A stretch of 64,000 bases of DNA from a virus: IMG/VR virus record IMGVR_UViG_3300028590_000015, positions 1-64,000 of that record. One strand, given 5' to 3'. The position numbers and the translations under genes are program-made. Numbering within the stretch: position 1 is the stretch's first letter; each line of letters begins with the position of its first letter. The notes beneath the pieces are model-generated. The model had not been told where the DNA came from, did not search any database, and was given only the letters and a program-made list of their open reading frames with translations. Below are positions 33,394-43,154 of the stretch, one piece after another.

Positions 33394-33585
33394 ATGGCCC
33401 AACCGCGTTCGGGTTTGGTGCTGGAAATGCGTGCTGGCGAGATGATCACATTGCGCGGCCCGAATGGTGTTGACTCCGAAAAAATCGTGCTAATACTCGA
33501 ACAGAAGGATGGGCGAAAGGCCCGTCTGCGCATCCAGGCCGGGCCTGCCGTCAAGGTGGGCAAGCCGGAGAAGCAGCCGGGCTGA
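33394..33585 (+). CDS. Small protein with CsrA-like sequence pattern (tentative)
   Basis: LVLEMRAGEMITL...KIVLILEQKDGRKARLRIQAGPAVKV vs CsrA LILTRRVGETLMI...[25 protein letters not shown]. Confidence 0.4.
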   Translation: MAQPRSGLVLEMRAGEMITLRGPNGVDSEKIVLILEQKDGRKARLRIQAGPAVKVGKPEKQPG

Positions 33586-33597
33586 CGCCGTCCTCGT

Positions 33598-33623
33598 GGC
33601 CCTGGCTTCGCCGGGGGTTTTGT
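33598..33623 (+). terminator. Putative intrinsic terminator/attenuator upstream of major capsid gene
   Basis: CCTGGC-TTC-GCCGGG stem (one G:T wobble) followed by GGTTTT. Confidence 0.4.
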
Positions 33624-33665
33624 CGGCTCGCAGGAGTGAGTCAGTGCTTATTCAAGGAGTAATTC

Positions 33666-34775
33666 ATGGCACGCACGACAATTCTGCCGACCGACCCCAA
33701 CAAACGCAAAGCGTGGGCCGCGGCAGTTGCAGAAGACGCTGCTCAGAAGCAGTATTTCGCACGCCTGGTTGGCGAGGAAGGCTCGCGCAGCGCGGTCATC
33801 AAGAAGACCGAGATGGAAAAGGGCGCCGCCGACGAGGTGACCACCGCACTGGTGGCCAAACTCCAAGGCCGTGCGCGCCGTGAAGGCGAGAAACTCGCCG
33901 GCTCGGAATTCAAGCTGCAGCACGCCGCGCACACCATGCGCATCAACGAGCACCGCCACGGCGTGAACGTCGGTGCCCGCATCGAGCAGTCGCGCGTGGG
34001 CTACAACCTCAAGAAGCAGGGCCGCGAGAAGCTCACCGAGTACATCAAGGAACTCTACGAGCACACCATCGTGGCTGCTGCCGCTGGCGCTCGCGGCGTC
34101 GGTGAAGAACTCCACACCCTGGAGCCCGACTACGCCGGCTACCCCAACGCCTTGCGCGCCCCAGACGCGGCCCACCTGTTCGTCGGCACTGCCGGTGACA
34201 AGGCCAAGGCCTCGCTCGCTGCCAACGACAAGCTGACCCTGGCCACCATCAACAAGCTGCGCACCAAGGCGGTGAAGATGCTGGGCGGCAAGGACAAGCC
34301 GGTGAAGATGCAGAAGGTCTTGAAGGGCGGCAAAGAGTGCTTCATCCTGGCCGTTTCGCCCGAGGCGATGCAGGACATTCGGGACGATGTCGGCACCCAG
34401 GGCTGGTTCGAGGCTCAGAAGGCGCTGATCGCCTCCGTGGGCAAGGAAGCCGAGTTCTTCAAGGGCGGCGCCGGCATGTTCAACAGCGTGCTGGTGGACG
34501 AGATGGAGTTCGGCGTCTACTTCAACGACTACGGCGCTGGCGGCAACGTGCTGGCCACCCGCAACCTGTTCATGGGCGCGAACGCCGTCGTGGTCGCACA
34601 CGGCACCAAGGGCATGGCCGACGGCATGACCGTGAGCCTGGACGAGGACACGGACGATCGCAAGCACGATCACATCCTGTTCTTTGAAATGATCATGGGC
34701 GCCGACAAGTCCCAGTTCGACGGTCGCGACTACGGAATGATTTCCGTGGACACGTCGTACACGCCGGCCGTCTGA
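33666..34775 (+). CDS. Major capsid protein (putative)
   Basis: 369 aa, abundant-protein codon usage, strong SD (AAGGAG), position after scaffold. Confidence 0.7.
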   Translation: MARTTILPTDPNKRKAWAAAVAEDAAQKQYFARLVGEEGSRSAVIKKTEMEKGAADEVTTALVAKLQGRARREGEKLAGSEFKLQHAAHTMRINEHRHGVNVGARIEQSRVGYNLKKQGREKLTEYIKELYEHTIVAAAAGARGVGEELHTLEPDYAGYPNALRAPDAAHLFVGTAGDKAKASLAANDKLTLATINKLRTKAVKMLGGKDKPVKMQKVLKGGKECFILAVSPEAMQDIRDDVGTQGWFEAQKALIASVGKEAEFFKGGAGMFNSVLVDEMEFGVYFNDYGAGGNVLATRNLFMGANAVVVAHGTKGMADGMTVSLDEDTDDRKHDHILFFEMIMGADKSQFDGRDYGMISVDTSYTPAV

Positions 34776-34806
34776 GCCCAGGCCTGACCACCAAGGAGAA
34801 CCTCAA

Positions 34807-35265
34807 ATGGCAAACTTCAAATCGAAACAGGTGGCGGCTCGCCGCCAGGCAATGTCCGCCCTGGACGCGAGCTCGCTGGTGCATGTCATCGGCGAGTACG
34901 TTACCAAGGCCGGTGACGCCATCGGTGACATCGTCGAGATGGGTGCCATCCCGGCCGGCCACGTGCCGGTGGATGTCATCGTCGACAACGGCGTGCTCGG
35001 CGCCTCGGCGACCCTCGATGTCGGCATCCTGTCCGGCAACTACGAGGACGCCGGCGTGCGCACCATGGGCAGCGAGTTCATCGCTGCTGGCGCTGCTGCC
35101 ACCGCTGGCGTGCTGCGTCGGAACAAGGTGGTGAGCGACATCGCGGTGCAGCTCACCGACAAGGGCTGGGGCGTCAAGTTCCTGGGTGCCAACCCCGCCA
35201 CCGGTCAGAAGATCCGCGCCGTGCTGCTCTGCGCACCGTCCCCGGGTGGCCTGGCAGTCGCCTGA
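34807..35265 (+). CDS. Hypothetical structural protein (152 aa)
   Basis: AAGGAGA SD; Gly/Ala-rich, beta-like composition (decoration-like). Confidence 0.55.
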   Translation: MANFKSKQVAARRQAMSALDASSLVHVIGEYVTKAGDAIGDIVEMGAIPAGHVPVDVIVDNGVLGASATLDVGILSGNYEDAGVRTMGSEFIAAGAAATAGVLRRNKVVSDIAVQLTDKGWGVKFLGANPATGQKIRAVLLCAPSPGGLAVA

Positions 35266-35666
35266 TGGGCAAGCGAGGCCCCAAGCCTGGCTTCAAGCAG
35301 GAGCGCGCGAAAGCCGCTGCTGCTGACACAGCCCAGGCTCCGAATGCCGCTGCGAAGAAACGCGCAGCGGCTTCCCCCATTTCAGACGCCCAGCAGCCCT
35401 CTGCGCCTGCTGGGCCGGTCGCTACGGTCACACAGGCCGCCCCCGTCGTGTCGCCGCCTCCGCCAGCGGCACCGCCGAAGGCCTCCAAGGCGGTGCTCAG
35501 TGCCAGCGACCGGGAGAACCCCAACAAGCTCAGCGGCAAGCCGCTGCGCGAGCTGGCCCACCGTCGCGGGCTGGCCAAGTCGTCGCTGCCTACCATGAGC
35601 GACGAGAAGATCCGCGAGCAGCTCCGGTACATGACCCACCGTCAGTACGACGATGCTGTGGACTGA
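35265..35666 (+). CDS. Hypothetical protein (133 aa), Ala/Pro-rich
   Basis: ATGA-coupled. Confidence 0.5.
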   Translation: MGKRGPKPGFKQERAKAAAADTAQAPNAAAKKRAAASPISDAQQPSAPAGPVATVTQAAPVVSPPPPAAPPKASKAVLSASDRENPNKLSGKPLRELAHRRGLAKSSLPTMSDEKIREQLRYMTHRQYDDAVD

Positions 35667-36258
35667 CTTTCAACCCTTCGTGATGCCCTACGTGGTGGGT
35701 TGCCCCACCCCGATCCTGGTGCATCACGCTCGCCTCGTGTCCATCGACTGGTGCCGCAAGACACTGGCCCACACCATGGATCTCGACCCGGTGCTCACCG
35801 ACGGCACCGAAGCGGTGGAGATGGAGCCCGAGAGCAAAACCCAGATCGTGAAGGTCATGGCCGTGGCAGTCGGCGGCAAAGACTGGGAGCTGGTCGATCC
35901 ACGTCGCGGCCAGCAGTTCGTGCGCAGCCAGCACCCTGGCGATTTCTGCTTCACACGGGACAACAAGATCCTCACCGTCTACGGCATCCAGCCGGCCGAC
36001 ACCGAGGTCGTGGTCACGGCCGCGCTCATGCCGGACATGCTGCGGGCCACTGGCCTGAGCGATGACCTGGCCAGCCAGTACGCCGACGACATCGCCAAGG
36101 GCATCATCGCCTCGATCATGAGGCTGCCAGCGTTCGCTGACCCCGGCGGCGCGGTCATGCATCAGGCCATGTACGAGAGTCGGCGCACCACGATCGCCGC
36201 CAAGATCTCGCGCGGCCTCGTCGCCGCAAAACGCCGCAACCCTGTCAGTTTCATCTGA
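35653..36258 (+). CDS. Hypothetical structural protein (201 aa)
   Basis: Overlaps previous gene by 14 nt. Confidence 0.55.
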   Translation: MLWTDFQPFVMPYVVGCPTPILVHHARLVSIDWCRKTLAHTMDLDPVLTDGTEAVEMEPESKTQIVKVMAVAVGGKDWELVDPRRGQQFVRSQHPGDFCFTRDNKILTVYGIQPADTEVVVTAALMPDMLRATGLSDDLASQYADDIAKGIIASIMRLPAFADPGGAVMHQAMYESRRTTIAAKISRGLVAAKRRNPVSFI

Positions 36259-36273
36259 GCCAGCGGCGCTTTG

Positions 36274-36289
36274 CCGTTGACTCCGAGGG
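36274..36289 (+). promoter_or_regulatory. Conserved late-region 16-mer CCGTTGACTCCGAGGG (copy 2)
   Basis: Followed by small hairpin CCTGC-ATACC-GCAGG overlapping the SD of the 36329 gene. Confidence 0.55.
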
Positions 36290-36328
36290 GTCTGGCCTGA
36301 GCATTCCTGCATACCGCAGGAGCGCTTT

Positions 36329-36991
36329 GTGTCAACCACCCTCAAGTCCGTTTTGGAGCGCGTCGTAGGAACGCTCAACGACAACGCCAGCGACACCTGG
36401 ACGTTGCAGGACTTGGTGCGCTACGCCAATGATGGCGCTCGCGACATGCACACGCTCCGGCCCGACCTGTTCAACGTCGAGCAGGAACTGGCGCTGGTCG
36501 CCGGCACCAGGCAGACGCTGCCTACGCGCGGCTCGAAGCTCATCAGCATCACGCACAACACCGTCGGCGACATGCGTGCGGTGACCCTCGTTCAGCGAGT
36601 GATGTTGGACGCCCAGTACCCGGGCTGGCGCAGAGCGTTCCCTGAGATCGAGGTCGAGCACTACATGTACGACGAGCGCCAGCCCAAGGTGTTCGAGGTG
36701 TACCCACCGGCCAGGGTCGGCGCGAAGCTGCAGGTGGAGTTCGCCCTGATCCCTGTGGACATGCCAATCCCCGCTGACAACACGCCGCTGGCATCCATTT
36801 CTGGCGACATCAACGTGCCCGACCTGCAGGCCACGACGTTGCAGCACTACATCTGCTCGCGCTGCTACGCCGAGGGCAGCGAGGACGGCCACCTCGTCCT
36901 CGCCAAGACCTTCCTTTCCCTCTTCGCGTCCGACCTGGGCGTGGAAATCGCAGCTACGAAAGCCGTGGCGCCCACCGCAACCTCACCCTGA
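36329..36991 (+). CDS. Hypothetical structural protein (220 aa, GTG start)
   Basis: GCAGGAG SD upstream of GTG. Confidence 0.55.
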   Translation: MSTTLKSVLERVVGTLNDNASDTWTLQDLVRYANDGARDMHTLRPDLFNVEQELALVAGTRQTLPTRGSKLISITHNTVGDMRAVTLVQRVMLDAQYPGWRRAFPEIEVEHYMYDERQPKVFEVYPPARVGAKLQVEFALIPVDMPIPADNTPLASISGDINVPDLQATTLQHYICSRCYAEGSEDGHLVLAKTFLSLFASDLGVEIAATKAVAPTATSP

Positions 36992-37005
36992 CAGGAGCTT
37001 TCACC

Positions 37006-37395
37006 ATGGCACGCTTTGAACACGCCGATGTGATGGACAACGGCCTGGCCTACCTCAAGGCCCAATGCAACAAGATCGCGCTGATCAGCGGCTACACCGT
37101 GGGCGACAGCTACGCCACGGTCAACGCCGCGATCTTGGCCGATGCCGCGATGACCTCGGCAGACATCGTCCTTGGGTCCAGCGGCAACAACCGCACGGCG
37201 ACCGTGGCCGGCAAGACCGACCCATCGGCCAACGCGGGCGGTGGCGGTGCCAACAGCCACACGGCGCTGCTCGACACGGTGAACAGCAAGGTGCTGTATG
37301 TCACCGAAGAGGACGCCGCGCAGTCGATCATTGCCGGGAACGCTGTCGCGATCGCGGGCTTTGTGATCACGCGCACCCAGCCTGTCGCCCCGTAA
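37006..37395 (+). CDS. Hypothetical structural protein (129 aa)
   Basis: ORF with SD. Confidence 0.55.
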   Translation: MARFEHADVMDNGLAYLKAQCNKIALISGYTVGDSYATVNAAILADAAMTSADIVLGSSGNNRTATVAGKTDPSANAGGGGANSHTALLDTVNSKVLYVTEEDAAQSIIAGNAVAIAGFVITRTQPVAP

Positions 37396-37404
37396 GGCGT
37401 CCTC

Positions 37405-39861
37405 ATGGCCCAGGCCGTCAACCGCACCTACCACGGTGTGCCGGGGACCCGGCTGTACGTGGGCATTGCGCCGCCTGTTGGTGGGGCGCTGGTGATGAGC
37501 TACTTCGTCGACAACACCTCCGGCGCTACGCAGGCCAGCGGGTTTGTCACGAAGATGAAGGGCCTGCCATTCAAGGCGGGTGAAATGCCGGCCGGGCAGT
37601 ACCCTGTCTTCAAAGTCGGCGGCGTGGAGTGCCCACCCTCGATCGGCGGCATTTCGTACTGGCCCGACGGTTCGATGAAGCGCTGCTCGGTGTTTCTGAT
37701 CGTCCCCACGGCCGTGGCCGGCAACGGCAGTGTTCAGGTTGACGTTTACAGCGGTGGCACGGCGCCGGCCCCGAGCGCGCGCACGCTATCTGATTTCACG
37801 TCGGCCGACCTCAAGGTCGAGGTCACCGGAGTTTCGGGCCTCACTGGCACTTGGACTGCCTCGCTCAACGACGCGATCACGGCGAACACTGACCTGGTGC
37901 CGTGGACCGATGGCCCGGCGGGCAAGTCCTGGCGCGTCGGCGGCGATTTCAAGCAGTCGGCGGCCGCGCATGGCCAGATGTACTGCCAGCACTACGTGAT
38001 GGCGCTCTCCAACGCCAACGGCACCCTAAAGGGCTTGCGCTGGATGCCGCGTCCTTGCCAGCCGTGGGGCGATGTGGCCTCGCCGGCCGTGGCCACGCGC
38101 GTCGTAACCTCCGTCGTCAAGTCTGGCGCCACGACGATCCGCACGATGACCGGGCACAGCGGCAGCGAGACGGTCGGCGCCAACATCGGCATCGACCAGT
38201 ACACAAGTTGGTTCGGCATCGGCGGCAATGGCGAGTGCAACTACGTCCAGGGCGGCGGCACCGATGCAGCCGAGACCACCACTCGCAACCGATTCACGCC
38301 CGCAAGCCTGATTCGCACCGAGCAGTTCGGTGCTTACGACGCCGCACAGAGCGCTACGAGCAACTCGAGTGTCAGCTACGTGCCCTACTGCCGTGGTCAC
38401 ATGGCGCGCCACACGCCCGGCACTGGCGAGCGCGGCGACATCGGCCTGATGCCGGAGTGGTACGTCCGGGCCTTGCTCAAGCAGACAGCCGTGGACGAGC
38501 AGGCGGTGCGGGTGAACGCTCTGGCTGCAGGCGGCTGGCGCATCGTGGTGCGGCAGCAAGCGAGCAAGAACGTGATCGCCTGCGTGGACATCCAGGCCAG
38601 CTACACCGGCATGGGCACCATGCGCACCGGGTGGCGTCACTGGCCGGCGGCCTACATGACTGGCCTGCAGAACCCGAGCAGTTGGTCATCGCTGTGGACT
38701 GAGGAATTCTGCTCCCATCACCGCGCGGCCGCCTTCTACTACGCGGCCCAGCTCACGGGCGAGCAGCAGTATTTCGACATGATGGCCGAGATGGCGACGG
38801 TGACCATGCTGAACATGGAGCCCAACGCCCAGGGCTGGAGCACCACGCTGCCGATCACGAGCCCGGTTACCGGCGGCTACGGCGAGCGCGGCTCCATCAT
38901 CGCAGGCACAACCTACAAGGGTGCCGGCCTGATCTTCCGCCAGGACAACTACCGCATCCCCGCCTGGGGCATCCGCGACATCGCCCACGCGGCGGCCATC
39001 CTGCCGGACAGCGGGACGCACTATACCGGCGTGAAGGCCTACTGCCGCGACGTGATCACGTCGTGCTGGGCCGCGACCACCGCCTACAACAACGCCATGT
39101 CGGCGGACTGGCGCGCGGCCGGGCTGTGGTCCCTCAACAGTCGGATCGCCGTGGACGAGGCCTACGAGGGCCCGTGGGGCATGGCGTATCTGGTGAACGT
39201 GGTGTGCTTCATCTCGAAGGCCGTGCCCGAGACCGGCACCTCTTTCCGCAGCCACCTGGCCAAGCTGCCGGCGCAGATCCATGCCGGCGGATTCGACGTG
39301 GCGTGCCTCGCCTCCTACCGCCTCTGCCAGTACAACGAGACCCAGCGGATCGACAAGACCGACGACATCGTCTGCCAGCCGCGAGATACCACACTCACGC
39401 CGAGCACCAGCGACAGCTTCTTCACGATCAGCGGCCCCAACAGCGGCTGGACGCCCACAAACGGCGATGTCTTCATGTTCTCCACGACCATGAGCAGCGC
39501 CAAGCCGTTCGCGGCCGCCGTGAACGACCGCCGTCTGTACGTGGTGAATGCGAACAGCAGCACCAAGCGGTTCCAGCTTTCGCTCACCCGTGGCGGCGCG
39601 CCGATCACCGTGACCAGTTCAGCCGCGATCACGCTGTTCGCCATGCGGGTGCAGAACTTCAATCCTCGCTTCTCCTTCGAGGGCTACGACACCACCGACG
39701 GCTACTGCGCAAGCTGGACTGGTGCCATGCGCCACCTGGTGGCGAGTGGCGAGTCGGGGGTCGCAGCCGCGCAGGCCCGCCAGGAGCAACTCTTTGCCAA
39801 CTCGGGCGTGAGCTTCGCCAGCGACCCGAAGAACGCAATGGCGGCGGCCTTTCCGGGATAA
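37405..39861 (+). CDS. Large virion structural protein (818 aa; tail/tailspike-like)
   Basis: Size and position in the tail region; Thr/Ser/Gly-rich beta-type composition. Confidence 0.6.
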   Translation: MAQAVNRTYHGVPGTRLYVGIAPPVGGALVMSYFVDNTSGATQASGFVTKMKGLPFKAGEMPAGQYPVFKVGGVECPPSIGGISYWPDGSMKRCSVFLIVPTAVAGNGSVQVDVYSGGTAPAPSARTLSDFTSADLKVEVTGVSGLTGTWTASLNDAITANTDLVPWTDGPAGKSWRVGGDFKQSAAAHGQMYCQHYVMALSNANGTLKGLRWMPRPCQPWGDVASPAVATRVVTSVVKSGATTIRTMTGHSGSETVGANIGIDQYTSWFGIGGNGECNYVQGGGTDAAETTTRNRFTPASLIRTEQFGAYDAAQSATSNSSVSYVPYCRGHMARHTPGTGERGDIGLMPEWYVRALLKQTAVDEQAVRVNALAAGGWRIVVRQQASKNVIACVDIQASYTGMGTMRTGWRHWPAAYMTGLQNPSSWSSLWTEEFCSHHRAAAFYYAAQLTGEQQYFDMMAEMATVTMLNMEPNAQGWSTTLPITSPVTGGYGERGSIIAGTTYKGAGLIFRQDNYRIPAWGIRDIAHAAAILPDSGTHYTGVKAYCRDVITSCWAATTAYNNAMSADWRAAGLWSLNSRIAVDEAYEGPWGMAYLVNVVCFISKAVPETGTSFRSHLAKLPAQIHAGGFDVACLASYRLCQYNETQRIDKTDDIVCQPRDTTLTPSTSDSFFTISGPNSGWTPTNGDVFMFSTTMSSAKPFAAAVNDRRLYVVNANSSTKRFQLSLTRGGAPITVTSSAAITLFAMRVQNFNPRFSFEGYDTTDGYCASWTGAMRHLVASGESGVAAAQARQEQLFANSGVSFASDPKNAMAAAFPG

Positions 39862-39864
39862 GCA

Positions 39865-41892
39865 ATGCCAACTCAAACCGGCTTCATTGTCCCCACGCCG
39901 TTCCCGGACACGGCCTCTCCTGGCGCGCTTCCGCTCGGTGCGGATGTGCCGGCCGGCGCCAACCTGTGTGTGGCGCTCCTCAGTGGCAGCAACGACGCGG
40001 GCGTCACACTCAACAGCCTCGCTTCAAACTTCACGACTGCCGGCTTCGTCCTCACGAACCACCCCGGTTTCACCGGGTACGGTGTGCAGTTCGGCGTGGC
40101 GCAGGTGAACTCATCCGGCTCCGGGAAGACATTGACCCCGGTCTGGTCGACGACGCTGGGCTACGGCCCAACCTGCACGCTGCTGTTCTTCAATGTGTCG
40201 GACCCGGCCGCCTGCATCGCCGAACTCAGCGCCGAGGGCACGCGCCTGCAGTTGGACAATTCCTCGGACACCACGCCGAAGGTTTTGAACGTCAGCGCCG
40301 ACAGCGTCGCTGACCTCGTATACGCGCACGACTGCAAGTACACGACCTCCAGCGTCATCCCTGGCCTGGACGCGGCATACACCAATGTCACGACCCAGGC
40401 GGACCTGCGAGGCGCTACGACCCGCACCTCGCGCAAGACCGCCGTCACGGTGGGCACGAACTCAGGCACCACCACGGATACGGACTACAGCGCCCTGGCT
40501 GTCTTCGTGATTCGTGACATCGGGGGCGGCGGTGGTGACACGACCGATCCGACGCTCACCGGCTCAATTACCGAGGTCTCCAAGACCAGCGCCAGTATCT
40601 CGATCTCATGGCCAGCGGGGGCAGACAATGTAGGCGTCACTTCATATGAAGTGAGCCGCGACGCAGGCTCAAGCTGGACAGATGTGGGCAATGTTCTATC
40701 CCACACCTTCAGTGGTTTGAGCGCATCCACCGCATACGCGATCCGCGTTCGCGCAAAAGACGCTGCAGGTCTCACGAGCACCCCACCTCTCGCCACCTCA
40801 ATCACGACCAGCGCCGCAGGGGACGTGACTCTCCCGACGATGAATGGCGCCATCACCGTCGGCCAGAAAACGAGCGGCAGCATCTCGATCAGCTACCCGG
40901 CGGCGTCCGACAACGTGGGTGTCACCGGCTACGAGGTGAGCAGCAACGGTGGTTCCTCGTGGCTGGACAACGGCCTGGTCCTGTCCTACACCTTCCTCGG
41001 TCTGGCCGCGGTCACCAGCTACAACCTCCGCGTCCGGGCCTACGACGGGGCGGGCAATCGCGCCGCCACGCCGCTGGCTGCGACCAGCAGCACCTACGGC
41101 AACGGTGCAACCGGGCAGTACATCCTCGACCACCCTGAATCCTTCATGGCGCAGTGCGTCGAAGCCGGCGATGAGGCAGCTTGGTTTGAATGGGAGTTGA
41201 TCACGGGCCCGGCAACCGGCACCTGGGTCGAGGGCCCTTATGCCGACGGCACCGGGGTTTTCGAGGGGCCGGATGCCACCTCCATGGTTATCCGCTTGCG
41301 CAAGAACGGCGTGGTGGTCGGCGATTTCACCGTCTACCTCTACGACCCTGGCCACTACGCCACGCCGGCCAACAGCGTGTCGGGCGCGACTTCGACAGCT
41401 TCCAACGGCGTCCAGACGTATCGCGCGACGCCGGCCGGTGCGAGGGCAGGGGCAACGGTTTCCAGCACCACGGCGGTGCAGGTACAGCTCGCGACCCCTG
41501 CCGACGCCGTGGGCGGCGCCACCGTTGCCCCCTCGAATGCGGTGCAGACCTATCGAGCGACGCCGGCCAACTGTATGGCCGGGGCGACGGCCACTGCAAC
41601 CAGCGCAGGAGGGAGCGGAGAACATCAGGCCACGCCCGCCAATTCGGTGTCGGGAGCCACTGTCAGCAGCTCGAACGCGGTGCAGACGCACCTGGCCACC
41701 TCGGCGGATTCCGTTTCTGGCGCTACCAGCAGCTCAAGCCAAGCACTCCAGACGTTCCAGGCAACCCCTGCCGACTGCGGTGCCGGGGCGACTGTTCAAG
41801 CCACGCGAGCCTTCGTGCTGAGCCGCGCCCCGTCGAGCGACAGGGCGTACTACCCCGTTTCGCGCAACCGCGCGTATTTCCCGTCGCGTTGA
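39865..41892 (+). CDS. Tail fibre / receptor-binding-like protein with two fibronectin type III domains and C-terminal 22-aa tandem repeats
   Basis: Two segments ...SISISWPAG(A)DNVGVT(S/G)YEVS...AY..RVRA.D.AGN fit the FN3 pattern; C-terminus has seven repeats (ATPANSVSGATSTASNGVQTYR-like). Confidence 0.7.
   Translation: MPTQTGFIVPTPFPDTASPGALPLGADVPAGANLCVALLSGSNDAGVTLNSLASNFTTAGFVLTNHPGFTGYGVQFGVAQVNSSGSGKTLTPVWSTTLGYGPTCTLLFFNVSDPAACIAELSAEGTRLQLDNSSDTTPKVLNVSADSVADLVYAHDCKYTTSSVIPGLDAAYTNVTTQADLRGATTRTSRKTAVTVGTNSGTTTDTDYSALAVFVIRDIGGGGGDTTDPTLTGSITEVSKTSASISISWPAGADNVGVTSYEVSRDAGSSWTDVGNVLSHTFSGLSASTAYAIRVRAKDAAGLTSTPPLATSITTSAAGDVTLPTMNGAITVGQKTSGSISISYPAASDNVGVTGYEVSSNGGSSWLDNGLVLSYTFLGLAAVTSYNLRVRAYDGAGNRAATPLAATSSTYGNGATGQYILDHPESFMAQCVEAGDEAAWFEWELITGPATGTWVEGPYADGTGVFEGPDATSMVIRLRKNGVVVGDFTVYLYDPGHYATPANSVSGATSTASNGVQTYRATPAGARAGATVSSTTAVQVQLATPADAVGGATVAPSNAVQTYRATPANCMAGATATATSAGGSGEHQATPANSVSGATVSSSNAVQTHLATSADSVSGATSSSSQALQTFQATPADCGAGATVQATRAFVLSRAPSSDRAYYPVSRNRAYFPSR
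41359..41817 (+). repeat. Imperfect tandem repeat, about 7 x 66 nt, inside the fibre gene
   Basis: Units start GC(C/G)ACGCC(G/C)GCC... and end ...CAGAC(G)TATCG / CAGACGCACCTG. Confidence 0.7.
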
Positions 41893-41899
41893 GGTACCC

Positions 41900-42196
41900 A
41901 TGGCCATCCTTGAAACCTTCGAGAAGCAGCCGGGCGAGATCCGAGCGTTCGACATCGACTATGCCGAGTACCTGGCGCGCAACGGCACCAGCGCGCGCGC
42001 AGTGGACCCGATCGAATACCAGATCCAGGAAGGCATCACGCTGGTTGCTGCGCTCTGGGTGGACGAGGGCGGTTTCGTGAAGCTCTATTTCGATCGCGGC
42101 GTACATCGGAAGAAATACAAGGCCACGGTCTGGCTCAACACGGCCGGCGGCGAGCGTCTCGAAGCCGACATCGTGATCAAGGTCAAGGACTCATGA
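41900..42196 (+). CDS. Hypothetical protein (98 aa)
   Basis: ATGA-coupled to holin-like gene. Confidence 0.5.
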   Translation: MAILETFEKQPGEIRAFDIDYAEYLARNGTSARAVDPIEYQIQEGITLVAALWVDEGGFVKLYFDRGVHRKKYKATVWLNTAGGERLEADIVIKVKDS

Positions 42197-42624
42197 GCAC
42201 CACGCACCCCACTTCCACGATTCACAACCACAGCCGGACCAAAGCCATGTCTGAACCAGCATCTTCCTCTGCAGCCGCCGGGTTTGCCGCCTACAAGCTC
42301 GCCGTGGCGTTCGGCGTGCCGGCCGGCCTCGCCGCAATCGTCGTCATGCTCTGGGTACAGCCCAAGAGCAAGCGCGAGTGGGCCATGGCCCTGATCGTCA
42401 CCGTCGTGTCCAGCCTGTGCGGAGGGGCCTGGGTGATCGAGTACTTCAAGCTGCAGCACCTCGCTGCCGGCGGGCTCCACGGCCTGATGGCCATGGGCGG
42501 GCTCATCTTTGCCTGCGGCATGCCGGGCTGGGTGATCGTGCGAGGGTGGTTCGCCTGGGCCGACAAGCGCAAAGCTCTTGACCTTGCTGAGCTGGTGCGT
42601 GATGCGCGGGAGGTGATCAAGTGA
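42193..42624 (+). CDS. Holin-like protein (3 TM)
   Basis: Three hydrophobic helices (AAYKLAVAFGVPAGLAAIVVMLW, AMALIVTVVSSLCGGAWVI, GLMAMGGLIFACGMPGWVIV) and a charged C-terminus. Confidence 0.55.
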   Translation: MSTTHPTSTIHNHSRTKAMSEPASSSAAAGFAAYKLAVAFGVPAGLAAIVVMLWVQPKSKREWAMALIVTVVSSLCGGAWVIEYFKLQHLAAGGLHGLMAMGGLIFACGMPGWVIVRGWFAWADKRKALDLAELVRDAREVIK

Positions 42625-43154
42625 AGCCGATCGCCACCCCAATCCTCGCGGCCATCGACGAGGCCTTCGCCTTCCTGCCGGGGCCGATGGACACGCGCGA
42701 CGCCCGCGTGATGATCTACTCCACGGGCCTGCAGGAAAGCCGCTTCGAGGACCGACGCCAGATCGTCGAGGTGATCGGTCGTGGCGGGAAGGTCGAACTG
42801 CGCCCCACCGGCCCCGCGAAGTCCCTCTACCAGTTCGAGCGCGGGGGCGGGTGCAAAGGCGTGATCCAGCACGACGCCAGCCGCTACTGGATGCACCAGG
42901 CGTGCCAGTGGCGCGGCGTGGAGTTCAACCCCACGGCCCTTTGGAACGCGATTGAGACCGACGACGTGCTGGCCACGTGCGCGGCCCGGTTGCTGTATTT
43001 CACCGACCCGAAGAAGCTGCCGGATGCGAGCGACGAAGAGGGCGGCTGGAAGCTCTACACGCGGACCTGGCGTCCCGGCGCGTTGCAACGCCAGCGCGAG
43101 GAGCTGCGCCAGAAGTGGGCGCGCAACCATGCGCAAGCGAGGGCAATGGCATGA
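42621..43154 (+). CDS. Lysis-cassette protein, possible endolysin (family not recognised)
   Basis: Position between holin-like and spanin-like genes; GTGA-coupled. Confidence 0.4.
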   Translation: MKPIATPILAAIDEAFAFLPGPMDTRDARVMIYSTGLQESRFEDRRQIVEVIGRGGKVELRPTGPAKSLYQFERGGGCKGVIQHDASRYWMHQACQWRGVEFNPTALWNAIETDDVLATCAARLLYFTDPKKLPDASDEEGGWKLYTRTWRPGALQRQREELRQKWARNHAQARAMA

